Shown here in pieces: positions 47,456 through 57,477 of a stretch of 64,000 bases of DNA. The stretch is taken from IMG/VR virus record IMGVR_UViG_3300031813_000004, positions 32,001-96,000 of that record. One strand, written 5' to 3'. Both the position numbers and the translations under genes were made by a program. The notes below the pieces were generated by a model. It did no database searches. It saw only the letters and a list, made by a program, of their open reading frames with translations, and had not been told where the DNA came from. The DNA is from a virus (lineage: Duplodnaviria > Caudoviricetes). The stretch's first letter is position 1. Each line of letters begins with the position of its first letter.

Positions 47456-49993
47456 CTATTTAAGTATATTGGCCGAAATACTAGACGCCTTAAAATAAAT
47501 ATACTCTGGAGTATAAGTTAATAATTGTGATTGGGTAAAATTATCAATATTAAAATTAAAGAAAATACTTGAAGAAGGCTTAATTAATCTACAATGATTA
47601 ACACCAATAATACTTTGTACAACTGATTCAATTTCAGATCTATACATTTCAATATTAGAACCAAATCTTGAAGAAAATGCAGTTACTAAAGTTGTTTGAA
47701 TAGTATTTAATAAATCATCATTAGACCCAGAATATGTTGGATCTTTAAAAATTTCTAAATAAATTTGTAATGGTATTTGATAATTTGGAATAACCCAAAA
47801 TCCTTCGCTATAAATAAACTTAGTATTTTTATTTGTAACATACACAATATCATCAGTAGATGGGGTTATAAAAGCCCAACCAGTTGGGTACTGTCCTGTT
47901 ACTCCTACATATTGAGCAATATTTCCATATTGATTAGCCCAAACTCCACTCTCAGCTCCACTAACAATATATCTATCTCCTAAAAATGTTAGAGTTGGAA
48001 CTGCTGTTAAATAAATATCTTTAACATCTGGTTGAGTTGATGCATTCAATTGCATATTTAACATAGTACCAGTTGTATTTGTAAATTTAACATTTGTAAA
48101 ATCAGTCATCATTCTATAATTAACTAAATTAAAAGAAGATAACATAGATTGTAAAACATTTAATTCAAAATCTTGTTTAGATGTAAGATTTAAATAATAA
48201 TTATAATCAATTGTAGGGATGTCATATATAATTACATTAGTTCCATCGCTAAATGTATTAGATAACATAAATGGACTTAGATCTTGTCTAACAATTACAT
48301 TAGTTGAATATTGTGAAATTGTAAATGAAAGATTACTAGTAGAGTCATCATAAGCAATTGTAAAATTTAAATCTAAATTTCCAGCTGGTAATGATAAATA
48401 AGGAATAGTGCATAAATATTGTTGATTAACATAATCATTAATCATTTCATAAATTGCACTTCCTGTTTGTTGAATAGTCATCTGGCAATAAGTATTATTA
48501 AAATCACTTTGAGTTGTTTGATATGTTAAAGCAAATGTAATATTAGATGTTGTATCTGAAACTATTAATTGATTTGCAATAACATTATAATTACTCCAGC
48601 TATATAACAATGTTAAATTAGTTGCAATTTGATTAATTGTATAATTAAAATTTGTTGAGTTATTTATTAAATCAATATTCATATCAAACAATGTAATATA
48701 TTGAGTTCCATCTGTATCTGTAATAATTAAATTTTTAGAAATTGGTGCAACTTGACTTAATGGTAATTTATAAGTCAAATTCCTAGTTGGTACTATATCA
48801 TTATTATAATTTAATACTGAATATAATTGAATTTCATTTACATTTATATCTGATCTTTTCAATACAGGATAAGGATTTGATATTGGAGCAGTACCTAAAA
48901 CAACATCAGCAAAAGAATAGTCAACTTGAGAAACAAGACGATTCATAGTTGATAAATTAGCAATTGCATTATTTTTAGTTTGGTCTATTGATTCTTCATC
49001 TGTTCCACCAGTAGCAGAACTAGTATTTGTAACTGTATAAGTTACCAATTCAGTTCCATTACTTGAATTACAATATAATCTATCACCACTAGTTATAGAT
49101 CCTGCTATAACATTTCCAGCAGAACCTAAAGTGATTAATAATGTAACATTAATACTTGAAGAAGGTGGCGGTTGATAACCAATTAATCCATTACCAAATT
49201 GTAATGTAATTCCAGTTGTGGTTCTTTTAATAACATATCCTGTATCAGTATTAGACATTAGATATAAACTATTAAATTGAGTATATGTAACTGGACTATT
49301 ACTATTAGGCGGTGTTATTGTAACAGTTATTCCTGATATTTCTCCAGTAAATGTTACATCTTGTTCTATAAATTGATATATTTGAATATCAGAATCAACT
49401 TGAAATTCTTGATTTAATGTTTGATATTGATTAACTTGTAACATAAAAGATAATAGTTCAGCAGTACTATCAACATATGATGGTAAATTAAATATTCTAT
49501 TATCATTACTGCCAATAATACTTTGAGTTGAAACAATTGAAACATTTGAATTATTAGTAATTACAATTTGAGAATCAAAATAAGTTTGAAATATTACACT
49601 TCCAGCATAAAAATTAAAACCTGTAGGGATATCAATTGTAATATAATCACTATCAAAAGTTAATGGCATTGTAACTAGTATTTCGCATGTAGAGAAGGTT
49701 GCAATTGAAGGAGTATATCCTATAAAGGATGAAAGATTAAGTACCGATGTAGGTAATTGTGCTTGAGTTAAAAAGAATTCTCTAAATACACTTGATTGAT
49801 AAAAGAATAAATTAGATGTTAAAGTTGATAATGTATTTATGATAAAAGATAAAAAGGATGTTTGAGTTAAATCAACATCATTTAAATCAAGGTATGTTTG
49901 AGCTAATGAAATTATTTGATTACGGATGTTATCTCTAGATAAGTATATCTGGTTAGATAAACTATTCTGAGTATCAACTGTATTATTAGCCAT
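47456..49993 (-). CDS. Baseplate wedge subunit (T4 gp6-like)
   Basis: FLTQAQL..SV..L...IGY.P, FGNGLIG..P, G..GNV.AG, ATGG.DEES......NA......RLV...DY. Confidence 0.85.
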   Translation of the reverse strand: MANNTVDTQNSLSNQIYLSRDNIRNQIISLAQTYLDLNDVDLTQTSFLSFIINTLSTLTSNLFFYQSSVFREFFLTQAQLPTSVLNLSSFIGYTPSIATFSTCEILVTMPLTFDSDYITIDIPTGFNFYAGSVIFQTYFDSQIVITNNSNVSIVSTQSIIGSNDNRIFNLPSYVDSTAELLSFMLQVNQYQTLNQEFQVDSDIQIYQFIEQDVTFTGEISGITVTITPPNSNSPVTYTQFNSLYLMSNTDTGYVIKRTTTGITLQFGNGLIGYQPPPSSSINVTLLITLGSAGNVIAGSITSGDRLYCNSSNGTELVTYTVTNTSSATGGTDEESIDQTKNNAIANLSTMNRLVSQVDYSFADVVLGTAPISNPYPVLKRSDINVNEIQLYSVLNYNNDIVPTRNLTYKLPLSQVAPISKNLIITDTDGTQYITLFDMNIDLINNSTNFNYTINQIATNLTLLYSWSNYNVIANQLIVSDTTSNITFALTYQTTQSDFNNTYCQMTIQQTGSAIYEMINDYVNQQYLCTIPYLSLPAGNLDLNFTIAYDDSTSNLSFTISQYSTNVIVRQDLSPFMLSNTFSDGTNVIIYDIPTIDYNYYLNLTSKQDFELNVLQSMLSSFNLVNYRMMTDFTNVKFTNTTGTMLNMQLNASTQPDVKDIYLTAVPTLTFLGDRYIVSGAESGVWANQYGNIAQYVGVTGQYPTGWAFITPSTDDIVYVTNKNTKFIYSEGFWVIPNYQIPLQIYLEIFKDPTYSGSNDDLLNTIQTTLVTAFSSRFGSNIEMYRSEIESVVQSIIGVNHCRLIKPSSSIFFNFNIDNFTQSQLLTYTPEYIYFKASSISANILK

Positions 49994-50009
49994 TTTAATT
50001 CAGTATCCT

Positions 50010-50663
50010 TTAAAGAAAATAAAATCCAGTGTTTTTGTCATACATGTTTTTTAGATTACTAGCTACAGTTTGGCTTTTAGATAATATTTTAGTCATGAAG
50101 GCTGCATCATCTAATGTATAAATATTTTTAGTATAATCATAAAATGTATAAGTTTCAGATGTTTGTAAATCCATATCATCAGTAGTTCTTGTCTGTTCCA
50201 ATGTCATATGTAATTTAATAAAAGTTTTATCACCAAATGTAGATTTAGTTGTATTAGTACAAGTCCATAAAGGATCTTTAGAGTCAATTGAATTAGTGTT
50301 AATAAATGATTGGTCAAATTTTATAACATCATTAGGATATGGAACTATACCATATGAATCAGGTATCACTATTTGAGTTTCAGCACTACTAGAAATATAA
50401 CCTCTTTCTTCTGCGTCAAATGTATTAGTAAATGCTTCAACAAAGAATACCGGGAGTAATAATATCTTATTCCATTTTACCCCTGATAATTCACCAATCC
50501 TCTCGTAATAGCCACCCATCAAATTTTTATCATCCCATACAGTTGTTGATAAATCAAGATGATAATAAGTAGTTAAATATGAAACTACATTCTTACTATA
50601 AACATCATAGAGTAATTTTTCGTAGTCATAGATATAATCATATATAGTTTTGTATAGTTGCAT
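50010..50663 (-). CDS. Putative virion structural protein
   Basis: ORF in baseplate operon. Confidence 0.55.
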   Translation of the reverse strand: MQLYKTIYDYIYDYEKLLYDVYSKNVVSYLTTYYHLDLSTTVWDDKNLMGGYYERIGELSGVKWNKILLLPVFFVEAFTNTFDAEERGYISSSAETQIVIPDSYGIVPYPNDVIKFDQSFINTNSIDSKDPLWTCTNTTKSTFGDKTFIKLHMTLEQTRTTDDMDLQTSETYTFYDYTKNIYTLDDAAFMTKILSKSQTVASNLKNMYDKNTGFYFL

Positions 50664-50669
50664 ATATGA

Positions 50670-51221
50670 TTATCTCCTTAATCTAAGATTTATAATATTT
50701 TGAGTGTGGTCCATTTTAATTTTAGATTCTACTTCTCTTTGTTTCCATTTTATTAATAAAGAAGTCATCTTTTTAAAACATTTATTTCTATTTTTTTCTA
50801 TTGGTTCATATTTACATTTCTTAAAAGAATTTTCTAATATTTTAGAAACTTTTTTAGTTGCTTCATAGTTACAAACTTTATAACAAAAACTTGAAGAATC
50901 AGGATGTTTCTTACAATCTTTAATACATTCATAACTAATACCATCTTCAAGATATTTAGCAGTTGCAAATAATAATTCACCTATAAATGGAATTGGCATT
51001 ACAATACATGCAGTAGCAAAACCAATCCTAAGAATTTTTTCATATATTGGCTTTTCTTTTGTAGGATCTCTATACTCTAAAAGTTTAATTAATTCTTCTT
51101 CTTTAATTACGGAAACCCATTGATACAATTTTAGATGTTCCTTTAGAGGTAGTTTCTTTCGCAATACTTTGCTATTAGAAACTACCTCTAAAATAAAGTT
51201 TTTAAATTCAATATTAGCCAT
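50670..51221 (-). CDS. TM plus Cys-hairpin paralog 6
   Basis: Hydrophobic helix followed by six-Cys helical domain; N-terminus resembles 51214-52020 (EH.KL..W). Confidence 0.65.
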   Translation of the reverse strand: MANIEFKNFILEVVSNSKVLRKKLPLKEHLKLYQWVSVIKEEELIKLLEYRDPTKEKPIYEKILRIGFATACIVMPIPFIGELLFATAKYLEDGISYECIKDCKKHPDSSSFCYKVCNYEATKKVSKILENSFKKCKYEPIEKNRNKCFKKMTSLLIKWKQREVESKIKMDHTQNIINLRLRR

Positions 51222-52020
51222 TTGCTTTTGCTTTAGCCAGTTTAGCTAATTGTTCTTGATGTTTCTTAGCCCATTTAATTTCTTGTTTGGCTAATTGCTT
51301 TAAACATTTTTCTGGGTTATTAGTTTGGTTGCATTTACCTTTTTGAGATCTAAGACTTGATAGAACTTGAGCAGCTGCAGTTGCTTGGCATTGATACCTG
51401 CATACTTTACCTTTATTCCCAACCTGTTTAATGCATTGTCTTACACAAGGATCCATAAACTTTCTAAATAAATAATAACCAAGAACAGCAATCCCAGCCC
51501 CAGCAATAACTTTACCAGGATGAGCAGTAACAGCACCACCAACAGCAGACATAGCTTTTCTTGCTATACCTGTAGTATGTTTAGGAACATTTTGTGCAGC
51601 TTTATTCCAAGCTACTGAATCCCTGCTTGCTCCATTAGCTGCATAATCTACAGCCCTTTGCCAATCAGCATGTCTAGATGCACCAAGTTTCTTTACTGCA
51701 TTATAAGCACTTTTACCTCTTACTGCTGCGGCTCCTGCTGCGGCTGCTGCTCCATATTTTAATCTTTTCTTAGTTTTACTTTCAAAATCTCTAACTTTAC
51801 CAACTTGTTCAGTTGTTAATTCTTTAGAATAACTTTCACCAATATAAATGAGAACTGATTGTTCATAAGTTAAATTAGAAGTCCATTCACAGAGTTTAAC
51901 ATGCTCTTGAAAAGACATATGTTCTCTAAGAAATTTACTAGAAGAAGTAGCTTCTAACATAACTTTCTTTATAGCCCATTCAAGAGCTTTTTTATCAAGG
52001 ATAATTTCTTGTTCTGCCAT
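51214..52020 (-). CDS. TM plus Cys-hairpin paralog 5
   Basis: Ala/Lys-rich middle, GKVIAGAGIAVLGYYLF helix, six-Cys tail ending CNQTNNPEKC. Confidence 0.7.
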   Translation of the reverse strand: MAEQEIILDKKALEWAIKKVMLEATSSSKFLREHMSFQEHVKLCEWTSNLTYEQSVLIYIGESYSKELTTEQVGKVRDFESKTKKRLKYGAAAAAGAAAVRGKSAYNAVKKLGASRHADWQRAVDYAANGASRDSVAWNKAAQNVPKHTTGIARKAMSAVGGAVTAHPGKVIAGAGIAVLGYYLFRKFMDPCVRQCIKQVGNKGKVCRYQCQATAAAQVLSSLRSQKGKCNQTNNPEKCLKQLAKQEIKWAKKHQEQLAKLAKAKANG

Positions 52021-52042
52021 TTTGTTTAATCCTCCTTTATAT

Positions 52043-52546
52043 TTACTTCTTAACTCTAAATTTATTAGAAGTTACTGCTAACTTTTTATAAGCATCAATC
52101 TTAAGAGTTGAATCTAAACCAACATCTTCTGTATTTAAATTAAGTTTACCTTTAATAATATAAATTTTTTTAGAACTAGAACTTAATTTAGAATTAAATG
52201 TTATTTCTAAATCAGATAAAATATATTTACTTTTACCTTCTAATTCTATATCATATATACCAATTTGTTCACAAGAAAATCTGACATTAAGTTCTTCAAT
52301 TAATTCAAATCTATTACCAAAATGATCATGTTCACCCTCAATTAAAGAGTCAATTATATCATCTGGTATTCTTGATATTAAAACACATGCATATGTATTT
52401 TCTTCATCTACAATATTACCTAATAAAGCTAAATATAGATAATCATCTTCAGTTCTAGGAATTAAAAATATATGAGAATTACCCACAAATTTTTTCTTAA
52501 AGATTCCTCTATAATTTTTTAATACAAAATAGTATAATGGTTTCAT
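52043..52546 (-). CDS. Hypothetical protein
   Basis: ORF in virion operon. Confidence 0.55.
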   Translation of the reverse strand: MKPLYYFVLKNYRGIFKKKFVGNSHIFLIPRTEDDYLYLALLGNIVDEENTYACVLISRIPDDIIDSLIEGEHDHFGNRFELIEELNVRFSCEQIGIYDIELEGKSKYILSDLEITFNSKLSSSSKKIYIIKGKLNLNTEDVGLDSTLKIDAYKKLAVTSNKFRVKK

Positions 52547-52547
52547 C

Positions 52548-52979
52548 TTAGGAATTACTCAAGAAATTAAAATAATTAGCTTCATTCATAGGTATTCCCA
52601 AATTCCCAGTTGAACCTTGGTAACTAGCTGTTATATTTACACTAAAACCTTTTTTATTAGTCATGTATAATACAGATACATCTTGAATCGTGGCTCTATT
52701 TTCTTGAGATAATCTAAGTCTAACCTCATCTTTAATATCATTCATTGTATCATCATCGTATGGTTCCCAAATAAATTTATATAATTTAGAACCAAAATCA
52801 GGATTGTATGATACAGATCTTAAAGGAGTTATTAATATTGTATTCCATGAGGCTAAGATAACATTAATATCATAAATTCTTGTAAAATCACCGGAAGGAC
52901 TGATTATAGGTAAATAATCAGTTGTCCTTCCATGTGATCCTATTGAATTATTTATGAATTTAGTTAGAGCTGTAGCCAT
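52548..52979 (-). CDS. Baseplate wedge gp25-like protein
   Basis: SW.TIL.TP......PDFGS.L..FIWEP.D....I..E......E.R. Confidence 0.8.
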   Translation of the reverse strand: MATALTKFINNSIGSHGRTTDYLPIISPSGDFTRIYDINVILASWNTILITPLRSVSYNPDFGSKLYKFIWEPYDDDTMNDIKDEVRLRLSQENRATIQDVSVLYMTNKKGFSVNITASYQGSTGNLGIPMNEANYFNFLSNS

Positions 52980-52982
52980 TAT

Positions 52983-53174
52983 TTACCCCTTCATTTTATC
53001 ATCCATAATACGCTGCTTATCTTTTTCTAAACTAGACTTCCATTTAATAAGTCTATAAAATCTTTCTACTGGCATACTCATAATTTCTAAATAACTTGAA
53101 CCAGTTAATTCTTTACAAGTAAAAATATTTTCTTCTAAATCTTTTTTATATTGATCTATTTTATCATCCTGCAT
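52983..53174 (-). CDS. Baseplate hub assembly chaperone (gp51-like)
   Basis: SYLEIMSMPV.RF motif; follows gp26-like gene. Confidence 0.6.
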   Translation of the reverse strand: MQDDKIDQYKKDLEENIFTCKELTGSSYLEIMSMPVERFYRLIKWKSSLEKDKQRIMDDKMKG

Positions 53175-53958
53175 ATACCATACGAAAAAAGTTTTCCACT
53201 AAGTCCACATTAATCATTTCATCATGACCGCAATGTTTGCAAGAAGACCTCATCCTCAAGTTAACACAATATTTTCCAAAATATTCCGAATATTGTTTAT
53301 TAATTTCTTTCCTATCTTTAGCAGGAAGACTTCTATATGCGTCAATAATATCATTTCGGTCATCATATATAATAGATTCAGATTTGGCATTTGTTTCCTG
53401 TTCAAATCTATCAATGATTAAAGTTGAAGTTAATAAATCTATATTAGCTGAAGCCATAGCTGAATAATTTTTCAATGCTGAAACTTCATCAAATAATGTA
53501 GGTTGTTTAATATAAGCAAAAACACCTTTTGACCAAGGTAAAGCAACTTTAACTCTTTTTTCAATTATATTATCTTCACTAGGATAAACTTCATAACTAA
53601 ACATTTCTGAAGCTTTAACTGTGATTTGATATTCTTTTTTACAAGACTCACAGTTAACTTCATAATTTCTAATATCTTCATATGTTATATGATACAATCC
53701 ATATAACAAAGCTTCTCTATCTTTAATTGTAACTTTTTCTAAAAAGGATTTAAAATCAGTAATATCTTCTGGTTTTTTAATTGTTAATTCATAAATACAT
53801 TGATTCAAATGTTCTGTCACTTTTAGGGGAGTTAACATACTCCCTTTCATAGCTTCTTCTTCACTTACATTTAAAGAACGTAAAGTGAAAGACCTCTTGG
53901 TTTGAGGAGTGATTACTTCGTATTCTGGATACTTGAGATTGAATCCTTTGAATGGCAT
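53164..53958 (-). CDS. Baseplate hub assembly protein (gp26-like)
   Basis: P.YEV..P......R.L.V.EE, DRE.LL, CESC and CKHCG. Confidence 0.75.
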   Translation of the reverse strand: MPFKGFNLKYPEYEVITPQTKRSFTLRSLNVSEEEAMKGSMLTPLKVTEHLNQCIYELTIKKPEDITDFKSFLEKVTIKDREALLYGLYHITYEDIRNYEVNCESCKKEYQITVKASEMFSYEVYPSEDNIIEKRVKVALPWSKGVFAYIKQPTLFDEVSALKNYSAMASANIDLLTSTLIIDRFEQETNAKSESIIYDDRNDIIDAYRSLPAKDRKEINKQYSEYFGKYCVNLRMRSSCKHCGHDEMINVDLVENFFRMVYAG

Positions 53959-53984
53959 TTTTATTTCCTTTCTCTTTTCGAGGG

Positions 53985-54662
53985 TTACCTGCTAGAATTC
54001 ATTGCTTTTTCTAATTTAAGTATTCTTTTTCTAATTTTTTCTTTACACGACACAGGATTATTTGTTTTATTACAATCATTATAATGACTTTTTAATTGAG
54101 TAATTTGTAATTTAGCAGCGTTAATTTTAAATTGTTTTAAACATTTTTCTCTTTCAATTCCAGTTTTACCTTTACAAGCTTTAGCAGCTTTTGAAAAATA
54201 ATTTTTATAAATTCTATATGCTGCATATAATGCTGCTGCAACTACAACACCAACGGCTATACCTTTTTCTACATTAGATATTTTATGTTTAACTTTTGCA
54301 TTAATAGGTGCATCAATTATTTTATGAGGTCTTGCTTTGGTTGGAGGATCAACATTCATTATATCTGGTCGTTTTACAGTATATGTAGCATCAACAGCGT
54401 TAGCTTTACTTTTTGAATAATTATTTTTTTGATATTTCTCACCGTTTGCTTCTATTAAATTTTCATATATCATAATTTGTTTATTAGATATATTTAAATT
54501 AGATTCAAAAAATAAAGATATAGTTTGTTTATAATCTAGATTTTTAATCCATTCTCTAAATTCTTTTCTTTCTTCTAATGTGGTAACTTCTTTAAAATTT
54601 TTATTGAATGATTCATCAATAAGGTATTGTTTACATACAATTTCTAAATCAAATTTTTCCAT
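53985..54662 (-). CDS. TM plus Cys-hairpin paralog 4
   Basis: GIAVGVVVAAALYAAYRIY then C-x10-C-x22-C-x8-C. Confidence 0.7.
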   Translation of the reverse strand: MEKFDLEIVCKQYLIDESFNKNFKEVTTLEERKEFREWIKNLDYKQTISLFFESNLNISNKQIMIYENLIEANGEKYQKNNYSKSKANAVDATYTVKRPDIMNVDPPTKARPHKIIDAPINAKVKHKISNVEKGIAVGVVVAAALYAAYRIYKNYFSKAAKACKGKTGIEREKCLKQFKINAAKLQITQLKSHYNDCNKTNNPVSCKEKIRKRILKLEKAMNSSR

Positions 54663-54677
54663 TATTGATTCCTCATT

Positions 54678-55550
54678 CTATATTTTATTTTGTAATTTAT
54701 TAATTTTCTTAATAATATTCTGTTTACATTTATTAGGATCTTTGACTGAGTTACAGGAACTCATTCCTGATTTTAATTGACCTATTTGAGATTGTATAGC
54801 AGCCCTTTTAAAATTATACATGCATTGTTTCTTTTCTGGTCCTGAGAATTTAGAACAAGACCTAGCTGCTTTACTTAATTTATCTCTATATATTTTAGTA
54901 GCTGCTAATGCAATTAAAGATACAATAACAGCAGCACCTAATCCTTTTCCTAATGGAGTTCTAACAAATCTATTAACAGATGCAACTCCATTCATCGCAG
55001 CAGTTCTTCCTGCTTTTAATGAAGCCATTACTTTTCCTGGAGCTGCTTTAATTTGCCCAGGTATATCTTTAACAGTTTGTACATAACCTTTAGCTGGTCT
55101 CATCATATGAGCAGTTATAGCCATATTACCAACTTTAGCTGCTGCACCTAAAGCTTTACTTCCAGCACTTTCTTCATCATCTTCATAATCATTATATCTA
55201 CCACGTTCTACAATATAACTCATTGTAGAAGCTGAAGATGATAACCCAATTTCATTTAAGGATCCAACTTCAACAATACATTGTTTAATCTCTTTATCAA
55301 TATTTTTATCTAAATTAATAGATTCTTTTAATGATTTAAAAAGTTTTATTTGATTATCATGATTATATCTAGTTTCAGGAAATTTACCTTCCTGTAAAAT
55401 AGATATTATTTCATAATCTGAAGCCTCAATCATGATATATTTTTCAGCTAGAGATTTATCAGTTTTATTTAAATTAGATTCATTATGGATCATTTCATTA
55501 ATTGTTTGTCTAGCAAATAAAAGAAATAAAACTGAGTCTTTAATATTCAT
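54678..55550 (-). CDS. TM plus Cys-hairpin paralog 3
   Basis: EASDYE leader, TM helix, C-x10-C-x22-C-x8-C. Confidence 0.72.
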   Translation of the reverse strand: MNIKDSVLFLLFARQTINEMIHNESNLNKTDKSLAEKYIMIEASDYEIISILQEGKFPETRYNHDNQIKLFKSLKESINLDKNIDKEIKQCIVEVGSLNEIGLSSSASTMSYIVERGRYNDYEDDEESAGSKALGAAAKVGNMAITAHMMRPAKGYVQTVKDIPGQIKAAPGKVMASLKAGRTAAMNGVASVNRFVRTPLGKGLGAAVIVSLIALAATKIYRDKLSKAARSCSKFSGPEKKQCMYNFKRAAIQSQIGQLKSGMSSCNSVKDPNKCKQNIIKKINKLQNKI

Positions 55551-55554
55551 TATA

Positions 55555-56361
55555 TTACCTCATCTCACTGAGTTTATTTTCTAATTTAAGAATTTTAACT
55601 TTAATTACATTTTCACATTTTTGTTTATTTTCTTTACTAGAACAAGTAATCATACCTTGTCTTAAAGTTTGAATTTGTTTTTGAATCGCATTAATCTTAA
55701 ATTTTTTAATACAATTTATTTTTTCCGGACCTTTAAATTTGCCACATTGTTTTGATACTTCAGCAAAATTCTTTTCATAAACAACTATTGCTGCATATAT
55801 TACTAAAGCCGCAGTTAAAGCTGCACCTATTTTTTTTCCATTTGGTGTTTTAAGATATGACCCTAAATTAGATAAACCTTTTTGCGCATATAACTTACCT
55901 GTAGTATATAAATCTTTTCCTGCTGTAGATGCAGCTCCACCTACAATACCACCAGCAACCATAAGTCCATATTTCTTTTTATAATTTTCAGGTTTTTTAT
56001 CTTTCTTTTCATTTAAAAATATTTTTAATAAATCATTTGATGATTCTTTTAAAACATGTACTTCTTGTATAACACTTACTAATGTTTCTTTTCCTAAATA
56101 TTTATATAAGTTATCAAAGTCTTCTATAATTAATGATTTAAATGATTTTAAAAGTTCTACTTCCTTCAAGGAGTTATACTTTTCTATAGGATAATTTCCG
56201 GTTAAAGCCAGAGTTAGAAGTTCATAATCGGATGCCTCAGAAAGTATATAGTCGATGGACAATTTTTTAGCTTGGTCATTTAAATGACTCGTATTGAGAA
56301 ACTCTGAGAGTGTTCTCCTTAATGCTAAAAAGAATGTCAAAGAATTTTTAATATTTTTCAT
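55555..56361 (-). CDS. TM plus Cys-hairpin paralog 2
   Basis: True start at 56361 (AAGGAG SD; MKNIKNSLTFF aligns with paralogs); EASDYE; four-Cys tail. Confidence 0.72.
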   Translation of the reverse strand: MKNIKNSLTFFLALRRTLSEFLNTSHLNDQAKKLSIDYILSEASDYELLTLALTGNYPIEKYNSLKEVELLKSFKSLIIEDFDNLYKYLGKETLVSVIQEVHVLKESSNDLLKIFLNEKKDKKPENYKKKYGLMVAGGIVGGAASTAGKDLYTTGKLYAQKGLSNLGSYLKTPNGKKIGAALTAALVIYAAIVVYEKNFAEVSKQCGKFKGPEKINCIKKFKINAIQKQIQTLRQGMITCSSKENKQKCENVIKVKILKLENKLSEMR

Positions 56362-56382
56362 CGAAAAGTATAACTCCTTGAA
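56165..56382. repeat. Perfect 20-bp inverted repeat (56165-56184 and 56363-56382)
   Basis: TTCAAGGAGTTATACTTTTC and GAAAAGTATAACTCCTTGAA. Confidence 0.9.
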
Positions 56383-56395
56383 TCTGTATAATTTA

Positions 56396-57418
56396 TTAAA
56401 TTTTAGCTTGAAGCTTAGAAATCTTAGCTTGAATAGAAGCTTTGCATTTAGCAGGATCCTTGGTAGAAGCACAACCAGAGAACCCAGCCCTTAACTGAGC
56501 AATCTGAGCCTGGATTGCAGCCTTCTTAAACTTGTTAAGGCAGTCTTGTCTTTCTGGACCAGTCTTACCTTTGCAAGCTTTTGCACCTGCACTGAATTTT
56601 GCTTTATAAACTTTATAAGCTGCATATGCAACAAGCGAAGCTAAAAGAGCGCCACCAATATAACGACCTTTTTTAGAATTAGCGAATGCAACAACTGCAG
56701 ATGCACCATTCTGAGCAGCAGCTTTACCACTAGCAACAGTGTTACCTGCTTTCATTCTTAATTTTTCACCACTAACAGTTGCAGAAGAAACATTATGTGC
56801 AGTTTCTGGATTTCTAGTACTAGCAGTTCCAAAAACACCTTTACCAAAATCTTTAGCTTTACCAGGTGCACTTCTAACAGCAGATGCTGCAGATTTAGCT
56901 TTACCAGGAATACTTCTAATAGCACCACCAACATGAGCAGGTGCATTCTTAACTGCTTTACCAGCATAACCAGCTCTAGCTTTCATTCTATTACCAAAGT
57001 TAGCAGCAGTGTGCCCTTTTAATTTTCCAGCTGGAACTAAGTCATACGGAAGTTCTAACAGGAAATTAGCAATAGGAGCTGCCGAAGAAAGACCATATTC
57101 ACTAAGAGCAGTAATATCACTAACAAAGTCAGTGGTAACATCTTCAGAAAGATATTGGCTGAAAGTGTCAAAGTTTTCAATAATGCAAGTTCTAACATCT
57201 TCAAAAAGAGCAGCTTCTTTTTCACTATTGTACTTCTCATCAGGAAGTTCACCTTCAACAGCAAGACTCATAACTTCATAATCTGAAGCCTCATTCATAA
57301 TGAAGTTTTTGTTTTGGATTTTTTCAATCTTAGTAGACTCTTCATTCAGGTCAACGAATTCACACATAGTCTTTCTAAGTGTGGTTAAGAAAATTAAAGA
57401 ATCAGATACATTACTCAT
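56396..57418 (-). CDS. TM plus Cys-hairpin paralog 1
   Basis: Acidic EASDYE leader, Ala/Lys-rich middle, TM helix, four-Cys tail; AGGAGG SD. Confidence 0.75.
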   Translation of the reverse strand: MSNVSDSLIFLTTLRKTMCEFVDLNEESTKIEKIQNKNFIMNEASDYEVMSLAVEGELPDEKYNSEKEAALFEDVRTCIIENFDTFSQYLSEDVTTDFVSDITALSEYGLSSAAPIANFLLELPYDLVPAGKLKGHTAANFGNRMKARAGYAGKAVKNAPAHVGGAIRSIPGKAKSAASAVRSAPGKAKDFGKGVFGTASTRNPETAHNVSSATVSGEKLRMKAGNTVASGKAAAQNGASAVVAFANSKKGRYIGGALLASLVAYAAYKVYKAKFSAGAKACKGKTGPERQDCLNKFKKAAIQAQIAQLRAGFSGCASTKDPAKCKASIQAKISKLQAKI

Positions 57419-57477
57419 ATTGTTATTCCTCCTAGGTTTATTTGCTTCACTCCATTTATGTATGTGAAGGTTTAATG

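Noticed and set aside
56362-56472. N-terminal extension of ORF 55555-56472
   Set aside because: Overlaps the upstream paralog; SD and paralog alignment place the start at 56361
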